A program made the translations under genes and the position numbers. From Phoronis australis (Eukaryota > Animalia > Phoronida), in NCBI GenBank assembly GCA_002633005.1, contig NMRA01000117.1, positions 208,692 through 272,691 of the forward strand: 64,000 bases of DNA, written 5' to 3'. The notes beneath the pieces were generated by a model, which worked only from the letters and a program-made list of their open reading frames with translations, had not been told where the DNA came from and searched no databases. Below, one piece after another: positions 14,596-29,800 of this stretch. The first letter of the stretch is position 1, and every line of letters starts with the position of its first letter.

Positions 14596-16523
14596 AATTT
14601 AAAAGGATATGCTCCAGATATAGATTCGTCATTAGGATGATAATGTTATTTTATGTCGACATGGACTCAGCTGAAAAACCTTCGTTACAATCTATAAAAA
14701 ATATTTAGATTTCAATTGTGTCAAAATGTGACCAGAGATTGAAGTTTGGGGAATTCTTGAATTATGGACTTAATTTAGAGCTTCGGTGTTACCATTTAAT
14801 TTTCAATTATGTAATTAGACCTACAGCAAATTAATACACCCTTAAACAAATTGAATTTCGTATAATAATACTTCCAAGTGAATGAGCGTTTCTCGACAAA
14901 GGGAAGAAGAATTGAAAATATCAGTGCGCAATATATTGACTTTTCTCTGAGCTTTGAGTCGTTTTACCGTAATTGTCCTCTTAATTCGAACAAAAACAAT
15001 ATTTGCCTATATTGTCATTTCCAAAGGCTGATTACTTCCCTGCAAATAATGGAAAATGTACTCATATATTTGTTTTGTGTCATCTACACAGTACAAACCA
15101 TGCTAGTGATGGACTAAATATTTATCAATATTTTTTTGTGGAAACATTTGGAAAAACAGAATTTCATTTGTCGGCCATGTTGTATGGTAAATAAGTGATG
15201 AGTTACCGTAATCACATCAATCTATACATTAAGAGTTGGTCACATTTTAGTAAAAAATATTCATTGAAGGTGATGAACAAGACACCGGTTTCATCGAAGA
15301 CCCAATGGTACATGAAAATGGTGCCGATATGAGTATAAATGATTGCAGGTATGGGTGATGACTGCAAAGTAACTGATACAGGTTACGAAAACAACGAGGT
15401 GGAGGATACTTTCATGGAGATGAGAAAACAGTTTTGCTGACAATAAGCTATTAAAAACATAGAATACTAGAGCGTCTTCCAAAAGCACCAGAAAAGCTAC
15501 AGTTACGTCTAAAACTCTTTTTAGGGGGTGGCGAGAGCTGTTAAAGATTTAAATGAATTTGTAAGACTAGTTTGAAGACTCATGTGAATGTCACAGGTGT
15601 GAATTTTTAACCAGTACCTAACGTTGAGTTTCAATGCCACGACATGTATGTCTTTATGTTTTTCCCATTTTCCCTATCTTAACATTGTTCCTATATATAC
15701 TACTATTGTATATTTCTTAATCAATTTCTGTTTATGAATAACACATGAGCTATTCTGTTTGCTTGTTTGATGTGTACCGAAGTGAAGTAAATTACTTAGT
15801 AGCCCACTTCCTTCCTTACTTACTCACTTACTTACTTACATAGTACTTAGTACTTACTTATTTATTTACTTATTTTGCATTGTTTCTTAGTAGTTTGTGA
15901 TTTCTGTGCGTAACATGTTGACTTGTCACAGCGTGCCATTTTATTCGCAAACCATGGTCTTGAAGAAGAACGCATTCTCAGTTCTTTTCATTCGAGTACG
16001 GAACAACTTTTTCATAGCGCTAGCAATAACTCAGTTTTGTCGAAGGGACGCGGGTCTAATGTCGCTGTAAAGAAACAGAGCTAACTCTGTGTATGATTTG
16101 TTAAAAAATTTTGGCCTTCTTCATTTCGATGAAAGTTTTGGACTACGTTATTCTACCCGACAACGGGTCATTGTTGCTCGATACTGACCACAATCCGGGT
16201 ACTGTCGCGTTAGGAGGGGTCCGGGCCAGAACCTGCCGCGGATATTTAGCCAAATGGCTTTGACAGGCTCAAAGTGAAACGGTAAGCCAGTAAGAGCATA
16301 TTCATGAAGTCAGGGATACTCAGACGAGGAGATTTCGTCAAATCGTGAACAACCTAGGACTATATGATTATATTTTTTCCATTTCCATCAGTCACCAAGA
16401 GATCTTCCTAGAATATGCAGTCAACAACCCATCCTAAAACTTCCCACCTAAAGCAGAAAAAGTTGTTCAAAATACCAAATCTAATAAGCAACTGTTTCCT
16501 TCCGAAATATGTAACAAACAACA

Positions 16524-16528
<5 letters not shown>

Positions 16529-16578
<50 letters not shown>
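16529..16578. repeat. (TA)n microsatellite
   Basis: About 25 uninterrupted TA units. Confidence 0.95.
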
Positions 16579-16581
<3 letters not shown>

Positions 16582-19500
16582 TTATATGGGTTCTCCGTGT
16601 ATTTAAAAAATTACAGCTCTCAGTGTAACGTTCTACATCGTTATGCATGTAACAGTAATCACCGGTCTTACATATGCTTTTCTAACCGTGGGATTTCCCA
16701 AAACTCTCCGTGTTTAATTCTTTGCAAAATACACTTAATTTACGTTTTTAAATAAACTTGCATTGCACTTTATCTCATTATAGATGTACTTATTTCTGTT
16801 GTTATCTCCATTGTTCTTCTTAATTGTTAACATCTATTTAATTTATTGTTACTCGGCGGTCAGCTATTAGCGGCCCTTTGCCTTTGTTGGCCACCCAGTC
16901 ATATAACAATGTATGTTTTTATATGATTTAAAAAAATAAAAGTTTCTCTTTCTTTACTGCTAGGTACAACCCATGTATATTTGTACTGCGTAATGATTTA
17001 ACCGTTCAAACTGCTTGGCCCCACAGCTGTTGAACTGGAAAATTTCAGGTCAATTCAATCATAATTCCCAATTGTTAATTGATGTTTGTGTATCATACAA
17101 ACATGTAGGGCCTGGGTTTTCATTGCACTATCGAGTGCCGGGGTTAGTGAGTAGCACTCATGTTTTAAGATCCGTGTACGGAGCATGTTACTCAAGAATT
17201 ACTTTACTTGGTTCTTTTGGCGCCATATGTCGGTGGGAGTTAAAATACCCATGACCCCTCTCAGAGAGTTGGTGTGTTGGAGTGTTCGGAAACTCCAGAG
17301 AGTAAGCCTGAAGAATAAAACTAAGGTTGCAGACAAATCGCATGCAATGAAGTATATGAAATCCTTCCCGGATGCCTCATCTGTGTGCTAAGTGCACCCG
17401 GAAAGTTTTGTTATCTAACCACCTCGCAGGAAGGTAGTCTCAAGTTCAATGGCTAATCAAAAGATATAGCAATGGGGGAACGGCGAATGTGATACTCTTT
17501 CACCCCTGAAACTGTATTGTCTCACCAGGTTCTCATCTTCTTCGGTCAAAACGTGTAACGGCAGAAAGTGACACCTCGGAAAGATCAGTAACCGGACACT
17601 AAGGTAACGTCAATTTAGCATGCACAACTTTATAGCCCTGTTAGAGCTCAAACCCCCTTCGGCTTTACTCAATTCCTACTTTTATGTGAAAGACATGACG
17701 AATTGTTGCTGGAATTTCAGTCATTGACTCAAAATACATTTTGAGACATCAGACATTTCCATGTAGATTGCTTCTCCAGTAGCCAGGACCTTATCGACGT
17801 GACTGTACTTTTAGCCAAATCTCTACAAAACTGTAGAATTTAATTCAGCAAACATTGTGTGTATATGTATATGTATATAATGGCTTTATACCAATCTGCC
17901 ACTAACTAGGTCACTGCTTTTTAGGAAAAATAGCAAAACAGAAAGGTACATTCATAGCAAAACAACAGGATCAATAACATGACCAAATTTCGTATGATAC
18001 AAATGTTCAAAATGAAATATCAAAGCGCTGTTACACTTTTTTGAATTATCGTTCCCTTTTCGTTTTATGCAATTAAAAATTATAAAATTCACATCAATCA
18101 TTTTTATATCCCTCGTACAAAAGTGAATTTTTTTAAAAACAATTCTTAAAAACGCATTAGAGAACAGTGTATAAGCACAGTATCTGAAAGTTTCATGTTA
18201 ATCCGACCCCCAGCCATTACTGAGGTTTGATGTTCCATGTTTGGCCAAAATTTGGACATTTTCTAGGGTCCTAGGCGTAACTTTAACCCACCCATTCGAC
18301 CACATAAGTTCTTATTACCATGCCTCGAAAAGTTCGCCAAAACGTACCTCAGGTTTTACTCCCATTCACTGAAACACGTCTAGAACAAAACCCCCATCAT
18401 TTCATGTTGCTTTGTAGTCACCAAGTTTGTTCTTCCATATCTACTAATATTTTAGCATGTGCCTACGCACTCATTAGAATCTCGGCTCTTTTCACTGTTC
18501 TGTGTACATCTCCAATAGATTTCTATAGTTTCTGCTTTATTCAAGAGACAGCATATTCACTGTAGTAGAGCAGTTACCTCATTAGCAATGTATTCACAAC
18601 AATAACACATTCGTTAAAATAAACTGATATATCGTGGACTAATTTTTCGAAATATTTGGCTTCAGAAATTGAATTCATTGCTAACAGTTAAGTTAGGGTC
18701 ATTTTTAGCCAAAGAAATGAGATAAAAATTCGTCAAAATAGATGATCTAGTAACCGTTGAGGGTTTAGCAGCTCTTTAAACCATGGTAGACAAAAATGTG
18801 GCCAGCGAGATCTGATGCCGGACAAGAGAGCAGTGGACTAGACTGATATCTGGACTAGCCCCAATTTAGAAACCGCTGTCGTCTGAAGTTGAAACCAAAA
18901 GGGAGCTTTTGTAATGATAAGGGTAAAAAAATTGATCGAGGTTGTACTTAAAAGAAGAAGTGCAGTGGCAATTGACGATATTATTGTCGCCCAGGATTTT
19001 CTCGAATTTCAGTGTTCCCGGAATGAGCACACGACAAAACACTTTCTGTCAATTAATCGCGATCTATAGCGACAAGGCAGGCGTGTTTTATTATCACGGC
19101 TAAATCGATAAACGGATATGATTTCGCTTTGTCAGTCGACAGTCGAACAGAAATCATTCTTTTATCACCAGTCAAGAATAAATAATAGAGTACACTTATT
19201 GACGAGTGGCCAAATGCGCACAAGTAAGGCCAGAATATTAGACACCTGTGGCATGGCTCACTAAAATGTCGTAAATTATGTCTTTTTTACATATACTGGC
19301 TAAATGGAGACTGATGTCAAAACTTACGACTGCTGAGCAATCTTTATTTAGACACAGTATAAAAAAACACTCTTACTTAAATAGAGCAGGCGCCTTGTTC
19401 GTAAAACCGTGAACTTATTGGTGTAAATTGTCTCAAATAATGTTGCCTTCAGTCGTAAAGTGCTGCCTTTGTCGAATTCCATGTGACTGACACGCCGGGA

Positions 19501-20159
19501 CCGACGTCGATTGCAAGCAGTCTCAGGTGAATTGACCACTGCGGTTGCGTTAATTGAATTCATAGCATTGTTTTATACTTTTGATGGATAGAATGCACAA
19601 ATTCTAGTAGCAATGAAAGTCCTATCTGGGTTGCATTCCCAGGTTGCATTCCGTAAACGCCGAGACACGTGTAAAGTTAGGGAGATAATAGGTTTCTTTT
19701 GTAATGCTTGGTGGTACCTCATGAAGACTTGTGTAGTTTCACCTTTCTCGCAAGAATTTTCGGTCACCTCTTATATAGGCGCACAAGCCTATATTTCGAA
19801 AATTACTATCAGAAAGTCCCGGAATCATATTGCATCCCTGCAATTTTTACCCGATTTCGAATGCAGAGTGAGTATCGTCATTCGAATTATTGAAACATTT
19901 TATAGATTAGACTTCCTTGCATATTTTATGAAGCTTTCGAATATTGATTGGTAGAGTTTGTTTGTTTTTAAAGTCAATAACATTTTGAAGACCCTCGTTT
20001 TGCGGAACCAGTTTCAATTCTATAAAAGTGCTGCGCACAACACTTTTTATCAAAATTTAATCACTAAAGTGTATATGGTATGGGAATTTATCTTACAGAG
20101 AACTTCAATTCGTATATTCGGAAATGGCGTACATAACCTTTTAGCAGCCCAACTATAAG

Positions 20160-20316
20160 ACCTGGCTCCCGTTCAGTAACGCTAGGACCTCTCTAAAAAG
20201 CAAGACTGCGAGATTACGTAAGATATTGCCTTGTATTTTAAATGAGAACACGTGACTATGCTAGATTTTAGCTAAGTCCTAGCGTAGGTCCTAGCGTTAC
20301 TGAACGCACGGCCGGT
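20160..20316. mobile_element. MITE, same family as 33302-33460 (opposite orientation)
   Basis: Aligns along its length with the reverse complement of 33301-33461; inverted ends cgttcagtaacgctaggacct / aggtcctagcgttactgaacg. Confidence 0.8.
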
Positions 20317-20876
20317 CGTACTTAAGGGGTCAAAAAAATCGGAACATACGCCAGCAACAATTGACATGCAATACGTAATGAGGATAATATTATGTGTGTA
20401 AGTCAGTCGAAGAATGTGCTAAAATAATTTATATTGCTTGTTTCTCATATTAAAGGTTTGCTTTTGTTTGACACTCGCCGATACTGTTCATTTTTAGAAA
20501 CCGCCGGCTGCAAACTGCACATTTTTATTGTTGCTCCAAAAGTAGGCCTGTGGGCTAATATATGGGGGGGTTGTTTCTTCTATAATCATTGGTCGATAAG
20601 TTTACCATTTAATTCTCTGTTTTTCATTGTCGGGGCGTGTTCATTTTTGTTCTTATTATTTTGACATATTTATATACTTGAAAAAAAGTCTTTTGTTAAA
20701 TAAAATATAGAGTCACACACATCTTTAACGGTCGATCACGCCTCATACAACTTCGTATCCAACACAGATAGATTTTGTCCAATTCAAATATGCACAGCAC
20801 AATTCTTGATTACGGGGACAGCTGTGGCCGAAAAAAGCTCATTGAAACATATGCCTTATGCAGGAAATAGGACCCT

Positions 20877-23800
20877 ATGATGTCCGGACCAGAGAACAGC
20901 AAAAACGTCGAGGATGTAGACGCAGTCCAGAATATAATTTTGCCTGTGCTGGACAAAACGCCGTCACATTGCATTAAAGACACACAACTTAAAGGAAGAA
21001 AATGTCTTTTAATGGTCACTGTGCTGGTAACAACGGTACTTATTTCTGGAGGCGTATTAGCCATTGTCTTCGCATATAATCGAGGTAAGTGTGCATAAAT
21101 TTGCAGCGTTGAGCAATAAATTGAAATAATAAATAAGCTGTCATTGGCTTTTTTGTTCCACTCATAAATACTTGTATGACAGAAATGATGTGAAGGGTGT
21201 ATCGTATTGGCTCTCTCAGGATCAGCAAATTCAGTGGCGATGGAACACATTTTTGAATGAGGGACTGAGATTTGACACCAGTTTGTTCTTATGTCATTTT
21301 CCGACGGAAATTGTAGAAAAATTAAATTTTAGACCTATAAGTTCGCGGAAATGCTTTAAAGTTTCGGAATATATTATTACTGGCTTGCGATTTAGTCTCA
21401 GCATAGAACGAAAAGCTTGGGGGAATTCCAGAGCTCTTTGGTCAGAGGGATTGTGTTTGGTTTTTGTTTTGTCCTTTCATTTTTGATCCCGGTAAGAATA
21501 TAAAGCTTCCTACACATTTTAAGCAGTGCTGTATTTTTAGGTCGATGGCATCTCACATATTCTATCGTTTTTGCAACGATATTTATTTTGGGGAGATATG
21601 TTGATTATCTTATGAAGCATGCAAATTATTAATTTACTATAGTTCCCATAATTCGCTCCAAACATAAGATAAGATTTTCATACTGTTTTACATGGTTCTT
21701 ACTAAAATACCGCGGGACACTCTTCGCCCTATTGTTACTGAGGATTTCATGAAATACATTGGGTATTTTACATAGAGCGATTACATAGAGTTGACAGTAC
21801 ACAGTGCTTGTCAGTACAGTTGTCGCTATTCACCGTAACCAACCGTGTTTAGTGTTGTTATTCGAACGAGGGTTGGAGTCCGAGATCGGCAAGATTAACA
21901 AAAAATCCATGGTTATCTGACCTGACTGTTACATTCTTGGGGACAGTGTATTTTTCATTTATTTTACCGAATCAAACAGTCCACAAAAGCACCTTTTCAC
22001 AGACATAAAGCAATTGAACGCGTGACACGTTTGCGTCTGTGCGCTGTTCAATAAGACAGTACGCCTTTATCTACACGTACGTTACGCCCATTGACCGTCA
22101 CGGGGTTTTACTTTTGATGTTCCTATAACAAAATTCTCAGTGGACAAGCAAATTCAGTCGGCAATGTTGTGCTCCTTTTTGTACAGTTCATATTACACAC
22201 AGTGTTATAAAAGAGGTGTGATTGAATATTGCATTATTGGAGCACTAAGGGTTTTTAATTTAGTTCACATTTCTTCGTCGCCTGGAATAGGGTGTGCCAG
22301 GTGATGACACCTTCAGTTGTCCAAATTATTGAGAAAATTAAGCGGACATTGCAGCTTCCCCATTTCTGAGGAAACTTGTTGACATGAACCACTACTTATT
22401 TTCTGTCTAGTTTACGTTTTCCACCGACTCATTTGTTACTTGTTACGGAACACAACTCCATACGTTATGTATCAAAATCCGATAATTTCGGGTTACTGGT
22501 GAACTTGTGAAACGTTAAGAATCAATCACCGTTTTGCTTCTATGGTTACGAAAACATCTCTCCATGGTACAAGCACGAAATCGTGAGATCATGTAACAAT
22601 GGTCCCGGGCTTATAGTTGTAGGCTGATTGAGAATCTTTTAGTTTGTGACAACATAAAGTTACAAATCTCAGTAACGTTTTCATCATGTTTAAAAAATGT
22701 TCAACCGCTATTTTCTGAGAGTTCGGAAATGGGTAATCGATTAGAATTTGGCCGGATTATGGTTTCAGGTGGCACTCACGCGACACCTGCGGTAAGAAAT
22801 CTTGTAGAACAAAAGCCGTGAATTTTCTTCACAATTCCATATTCCAGCTTTCGTTAGCTCTTTCCCTTCAGTGGCAGCCATTTTACTAGCCAGCTCAAAT
22901 AAATAGGTCCCGAGGTAATTAGTAAACACCATGTATTTGTGCGTGATCTTCCCACTGAAGAAACTTGTACTAGGGTCTAGGGAACGCACGCCAGGTGCAA
23001 CGACAACTTGAATTTAATGAATCTTTGTTTTTACCATTTTGAGTGTTTTCGAATTGCTTGACTTTAGGGATTCATGTATCCGGATCAAAGATAATGGTTT
23101 GTTTCAACATATAGGCTAATTGATCATTGACCGTCTGGGGTCCAACAACTTTAACGCACATTATACACACCCAAGACCATTTCGTAAATGGCACTTAAAT
23201 TGTAAATGGAAGACAATGTTTATGATATTTTAGCTGCTGAGCTAGGAGACGTGATTTTTTACTGCGTAATACCGCTACTTTTGTCTGCTTTGCAGGAAGG
23301 ATACCGGATAAGACAAATGCTCTGCAGAATATCAATCACGATGATTGGTCAGGAGATCATAAAGACATGATGTCATTGCCAACCCGATCTTCTCATTTAA
23401 ATCATACAATAGAACCTTCATCCTTGATAAACATGTTTCCTTCATCGAACCATGAGCTACTTCCACAAACACAACATTCATACCCTAAACGTAATTCAAC
23501 TACAGCAGTAGTGTTAACGTTCTCCAGTGGCACACATCGCGGTTTCAATTCTTCTTATAATTCTTCGCCTTTATCGCCACCTCGATCAAATGCAACGTCA
23601 TTGTCATTGTTTTTGTTGACGTCGTCTCAGTCATCCTTGCCATCGTCTACACCAATAAATTTATCACTATCGTCGTCGCCATATTTAGCACTTTCACCAT
23701 CAGCATCGTTGTCACCCGTTCGTCTTCATTGTCACCGTCCATGTCACCGTCTCTACCAATAAACTTATCACTAGCATCATCCTTGTCAACAGTTTTCTCT

Positions 23801-26800
23801 TCCATTCAATCTAGCTATTTAAACTTTACACATACCACAAATTCATCATCTACTGGAAATTCTTCGCATTGTTTGCCGGGATGGAGATCGTGCAACGATG
23901 GTGAATGCATTCATCCGCAATGGGTGTGTGACAGAGAATTAGACTGTAGTGAGGGAGAAGACGAATTTAATTGCTGTAAGTACGACCCAGCCTTCACTGT
24001 CTGTTATATTGAACGGAGCAATGAAAAAATGTGTGGTCTGTAGTGCGTGTTAGATTTGATAAATGATTATGATCAATTCCAGGTGTACGTAAACTTATTT
24101 CAAAAAGCCCACATAGCTCTTGAATGAAGTCCCATCAACGCCAGTGTTCTCCTGTCCGTGAATAACAGTCCTGTAAAAACGCAACACCTGTTGACTTGGC
24201 CAGTCAAATTGCCTTTGGAAGTTATTTTTTAAGTAGCTGTCAAAAACGTCGTCCATGGAGGCTCTATTCTAAATATAAATGATTAACACGCTGACTTGAA
24301 CATAGGAATTTACATTTTGTACCTTTCAGCTAACTGTGGATTGCTACAATTTACCTGTTTTAATTACGAATGTGTACAACTTGATCAACGGTGTGACGGC
24401 ACTTCTCACTGCGTTGATGGCTCGGATGAAAGACAATGTGGTGAGAATTTGCGTTAAAGAGGCATGAAACGCGAAAGTTCGTCAAAAATCTTTTAAACAA
24501 TTCCTGACGAAAGTACCATCTCGCAGCGTCTACTACAGAGTTATTTGCTTTAACCTGTAGAGAATTTTTTTAAAAAATCACAAATTTCACAATTTTTGAA
24601 ATACGTGGGAAGGAAATTTTAAAACTCTGTAGTCACCACAGAGTTTCTAATCTCCCATTTATGATAAATGTAACATGCGCTCACACTCATTCGACAAACA
24701 GCTGACTGACAAGATCGATATTAGCATTTTAACGGCAGGTTATCATGTGTGGTCGCACTCTAAATATGAAGTCGACACCACAATATGAGGCAAGCCAGTG
24801 AAGCAAGCGATTTCCCAAAAACAATTGTAAGTGCATTTCAAAATATATTTGAATAGTGCGATTTCTTTATAACCAATTTTAAACAGTTAGGACATCAATT
24901 CCTCTTAATCGGACCAGCAGCTGCTTAAAGTCGCCATTGTTTTGTTTACATCAAAGGTCAAATGTCGCATGTCACAGTTTCCATAAAAAAGAAATGTGCT
25001 ACGTCTATGACTTGCTATACCAAAGGAGACGTGCTTTGCTTTGTGGAGAAAAATCGACGAAGTAAGGTTATCAGGTAGTTTATTTTTGAAATTTGAAACT
25101 AAAAGAAAGACGCATCATCAGAAATTAAAAATCTTTTAGAAAAAACGTATAAGGTTGAATTCTGTTTCAGTGACAGAGAACCACTTTGAATAATGCAATT
25201 TTGTCTGTCATCGCGTTCCATGCCTCCCTAAGCCCGACAGGGAACAGGCAGAAAACATGCGAATTAGATGCGTACCTTAAGACTGACAGACCGATGAAAT
25301 TTACGGTCAGTCGAAATATTTTAGATAATCTATGGTTTGCTCTTTCCTTTGTTTTCCCCAAATTAAGCAGAGAGTGCATTTCACGAGTCGAACGATATCA
25401 ATAGAAAAGAAACATTTAGTAATTGCAGACTTTTACGTATTTCGGTTTCTTGCGATCAATTCCCAAATATTATTCACCTTCGAGGCTATTTCGTGGGTCA
25501 CCGTCAGAGTTTTGAAGATTTGAAAATTAAACTTAAAATTTCTCTGTAAAATGTTTAGTTTGGAGAAGTTTAGTCGCGTTGAAAGACCGTCAGTTGTAAG
25601 TAGATTATTGTTAAATCGCTAAGTTGGCTTTGAAACCGGGTTTTATAAAGTTTTGAAGTGAAACTACGATGAAAAGGTCATCTTGTAACACCCACAAAAA
25701 CGGACAAAATATGAAGTCAAAGAGAATTTTCTTTCAAAGATGTGTATGAAGAAATATTCCTTCGCTTGAAATTGACACCAAGATCACAATTTTGTTGGTA
25801 TTTTTCTTTTTTGGAGTAATAGCTTTACAATTATGTTGACCGGGGTTGAGTGAGTGTCGACCTCGTGGCGAAACTGGGTAGTTGTGCCCGAGGCTGCCCG
25901 GGTGAAAATGGTTCAACATTGGGGGAGCTCACATTTGTTTCTCATGCGTATACATATAAAACTGTGTTATCAATCTGAAATAATTTTTGTAGCTCGTTTG
26001 ATTAACAAAACGTTGGAGGTTAACTACAAAGGCGTATTTCTGCCTGTTTGTTACGACTCCTGGCGGGAAGACATGGGAGAGAAAACGTGCAAAGAGCTAG
26101 GCCTAGGGTAAGTTTGATACCTGGGCCCGGTCTCCAATCTTTTTACTCGAAATGGAACTCGAAATTAGGTTTGGCATTTTCAACTCTACTTTTGGGCGAA
26201 CTCAAGATAAGTGTCTATTATTCTATGCTCGAGTACACAATAACTTACGTAGATAATTTATTGCCCTTAGTTCACAGTTTGTAAACCCAATATTNNNNNN
26301 NNNNNNNNNNNNNNNNNNNNNNNNNNNNNNNNNNNNNNNNNNNNNNNNNNNNNNNNNNNNNNNNNNNNNNNNNNNNNNNNNNNNNNNNNNNNNNNNNNNN
26401 NNNNNNNNNNNNNNNNNNNNNNNNNNNNNNNNNNNNNNNNNNNNNNNNNNNNNNNNNNNNNNNNNNNNNNNNNNNNNNNNNNNNNNNNNNNNNNNNNNNN
26501 NNNNNNNNNNNNNNNNNNNNNNNNNNNNNNNNNNNNNNNNNNNNNNNNNNNNNNNNNNNNNNNNNNNNNNNNNNNNNNNNNNNNNNNNNNNNNNNNNNNN
26601 NNNNNNNNNNNNNNNNNNNNNNNNNNNNNNNNNNNNNNNNNNNNNNNNNNNNNNNNNNNNNNNNNNNNNNNNNNNNNNNNNNNNNNNNNNNNNNNNNNNN
26701 NNNNNNNNNNNNNNNNNNNNNNNNNNNNNNNNNNNNNNNNNNNNNNNNNNNGTGGGGTGGTGGTGGTGGTGGTGGTGAAGTGATGAGGTGGTGGTGATGG

Positions 26801-29800
26801 TAAAATATATTTATTCAGTATAAAACTTATAACAATGCTGCTCTCCCACAAATACTAGAAACCTGGCCAACACATAAGACCTGATATGTCTCTTGTGAAC
26901 CTCATTTAGGTGCACTTTGTCACAAAGACCAATTTCACGGGGGAGTGGTCCAAATCAAAAATTGTTTTTTGTCTTCATTAGAAGTCCTCTTGATAACCGC
27001 GTTGTAGTTCTAACGGCCGTCCGAATTCGGGAAAGGTACGTCGGTACCGATTACCGTCCCAGGGACTTGCGGTGGCGCATTTTTATGCTTTTGAGATGAT
27101 TTGTGTAGTGATGGTTGCAGTTGATTGACTTTGTCGGTTTCGCCAAGTCAACTGGAATCTCAGAGACAGGTCAGTAATCCTGAAATCGTCATCAAGAACC
27201 AATCAGATGTCTTAGCAGGCTGGACCAAGAGGAACCGACGAAGTCAGATATGTGCAGCCCTTGTGTTCAAGTTGGCGTACGGTCACGAACTGAGAATAAC
27301 ACCACGAATCATGGACAACTTAAAAATCAAATACTCAAGGCTTGATCAAATTAACTACTCCATTAAGAAACAAAAAAGCCATTTTGCAGTTCTCTAACGG
27401 CAGTCTCTAGATTCCCATTTACTTTGCATGCGCGCACCCAGCCTTTAATATTGGGGGGGCTCGAATCTCTGACAAAGTGGACGTTTTGCTAACAAAAAAG
27501 CGGGAAGACTAAAAAAAAACGGGGTATCACCTTCAGGTCTGTGAACTGTGCGTCTGCGTCTTTTTAATGGACTTATGTCGGACTTTTTTTTCTCTGAGGC
27601 GGACCTTTTTACCCCCCCGGGTGCGCGCATGCTTCGTAAGCCAAAATTGTTTACTTCCAAGCCAATGACTAGTGCACATTATTTTACTTAGATGCGGTCA
27701 GGTTATCTCCACATAGTCTCACCAGAAACTGTATTTTTAGAAGAAAGGGGCATGGTATCATTTTGTAATATCAGGCAATAAAAGCAACGTCAAGCGACCA
27801 ATTCTGCTTTTGGTGAATTTTTCTATTTCCCTTTCTCGTAAATTGCTCCTTTGCTGAACTAGTTTTTAGTCGCGGACTGGACATGCTATTTGGCAGTTCA
27901 AGGTTAGTCGAATTCATGGAAGAGACGGTCTCGCCAGCAGGTTACTGCTTAGCAGCCCCTTGTTTTATGTACTCTTGTGCAAGATTTTATCTTTAACCAT
28001 TTCAGAAATTTGTGTTTATTGACTCTCATTTGATTGGTCTATTTATTAATTCTGTTCACTTTTCAGTAAAACATGCTCACATGGCATACAACCAGAATGT
28101 AGTTTGCCAAGTAAGTTTTCAAATAAAGTTTACAACTCTTGGTCATACTGACATTGCTCATTCACGATAAAGTTTGAATTAAGATTATTGACTATGAAAC
28201 TATTTGCCAAACGAATTCGCTCAAGAGACTGAAATAAAACTAATTCATTTTGATAAAATTAATGAAAATTTGGTTACAGTAAGTTTCTGAGTTTGACTTT
28301 AGGTGGCGACATTTGTAAAGTACCGTTGTTAGTGTAAATGGCCAACGTCAAAGTAAGATGAAATAAGAACTGGAGTAGTTTATGTAACTATTACTTTAAA
28401 ATATAATAAAAATGAGCTTTATTCCGACCACGTAGACCTGTATCAGTGGCGGACTTAGGGGGTGGGGTGCAAGGGGGTCATGGCCCCCTAAAATTCTCGT
28501 GTGTTCCATTTGACAGTTCAGAGGTGCGAATATCTGATGGACAAAATCGTGACTAATACTCTGCATGGCTCCCCTTAACTCAAAATCCTGGATCCGTCCC
28601 TTTATATACAAACAGTGTTAACGAGCCTTATTTGAATACTCGTTTTTATAGAAGGAGTATTAAATTGCCTTATTTTTGTCAGGATCATTTTAATCCACAC
28701 TCGTCATTATGTGAAACGGGATGTTATTAGGTAATGGATACATTCCATTATAAATTGAGTAAAAACGTTTGCTATAATCAAGGTAGGCGCATACTTACAC
28801 GTCATTACGTATTGTTCATGATTTAGGTTGCGGTTCGAACCAAGGGATCACAACAGCTCCAAATACTTACGTCATTGGAGGCAGAACAGCGGCACCCGGT
28901 GATTGGCCTTGGCACGTTCAGATAACGCGCGAAGGAAGACATCGATGCGGAGGGTCTCTCGTTAGTAGCCAGTGGGTGCTTACGGCAGGGCATTGTGTCA
29001 GCGGGTAACTACATACTCTTCAAAAACATTTCTCAGTGTTTTCCTGACATCAGTGTTCACTCGTGTTTTGTAGTTTTAGTGACGTTTGCGAATGAAATTG
29101 ACAGAAAAAGTTTGAATCTTAGCTTTTGCACGTGGTTTGATTGAGCGGCATAGAACGCGAAAGCTCGTCTAAAATATTTGTCAAACAATTCTTGACAAAA
29201 GCACCATTCCGCAACGTCTACTACAGACAAAATCACAAAATTCACGATTTTCAAAATAGGTACGAACGAAAAACTCTGTAGTCACCACAGAGTTTCTAAT
29301 GTCCCTCCCAGTCAGATAAATGCATGCATGCGCTCACAGTTATCTGAGAAACAAGTGAATGGTTTCTTTCTCAGTTAATTAATACTGTTATTTTGTTTAT
29401 ATCGTCACCTTGGTACTTCAGTTCCTGTTAGCCTCGCTTTTTTATTATCTTAGGTACTTTCTCTTATGTTTCGGGCTTGCCCTGCATCGCCTCTGTAACA
29501 TTTTCAGTTCATGCTGTTGTTTGTTTACGGGGTCATTATTTACTTCTTTCCTTATCTTACTTATGGTACTTTCATTTCACTCCGCGTACTTGTTTTTCCT
29601 ATTTACCACTTTGTCTTATTGTTTTGTTCAGTCTTCCATGCATTACGTTTGTATTTTTAGCCTTACTTTAGTTCAGTTCGTTACTGCCACGACACCAGGG
29701 TGAGTTCACACCCGGCAGCTGTTGCAGCACTTGGGTAAACGTACCTCCCCCTCCAGCCTTGGCCCCTGGAGTTAGGGTTTGGTATCCGGCTGCCAGCCTC

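Noticed and set aside
428-20664. Numerous 60-130 aa ORFs in the supplied track
   Set aside because: No recognisable domains, many begin at non-ATG codons and overlap repeats; expected background in AT-rich intronic and intergenic DNA.
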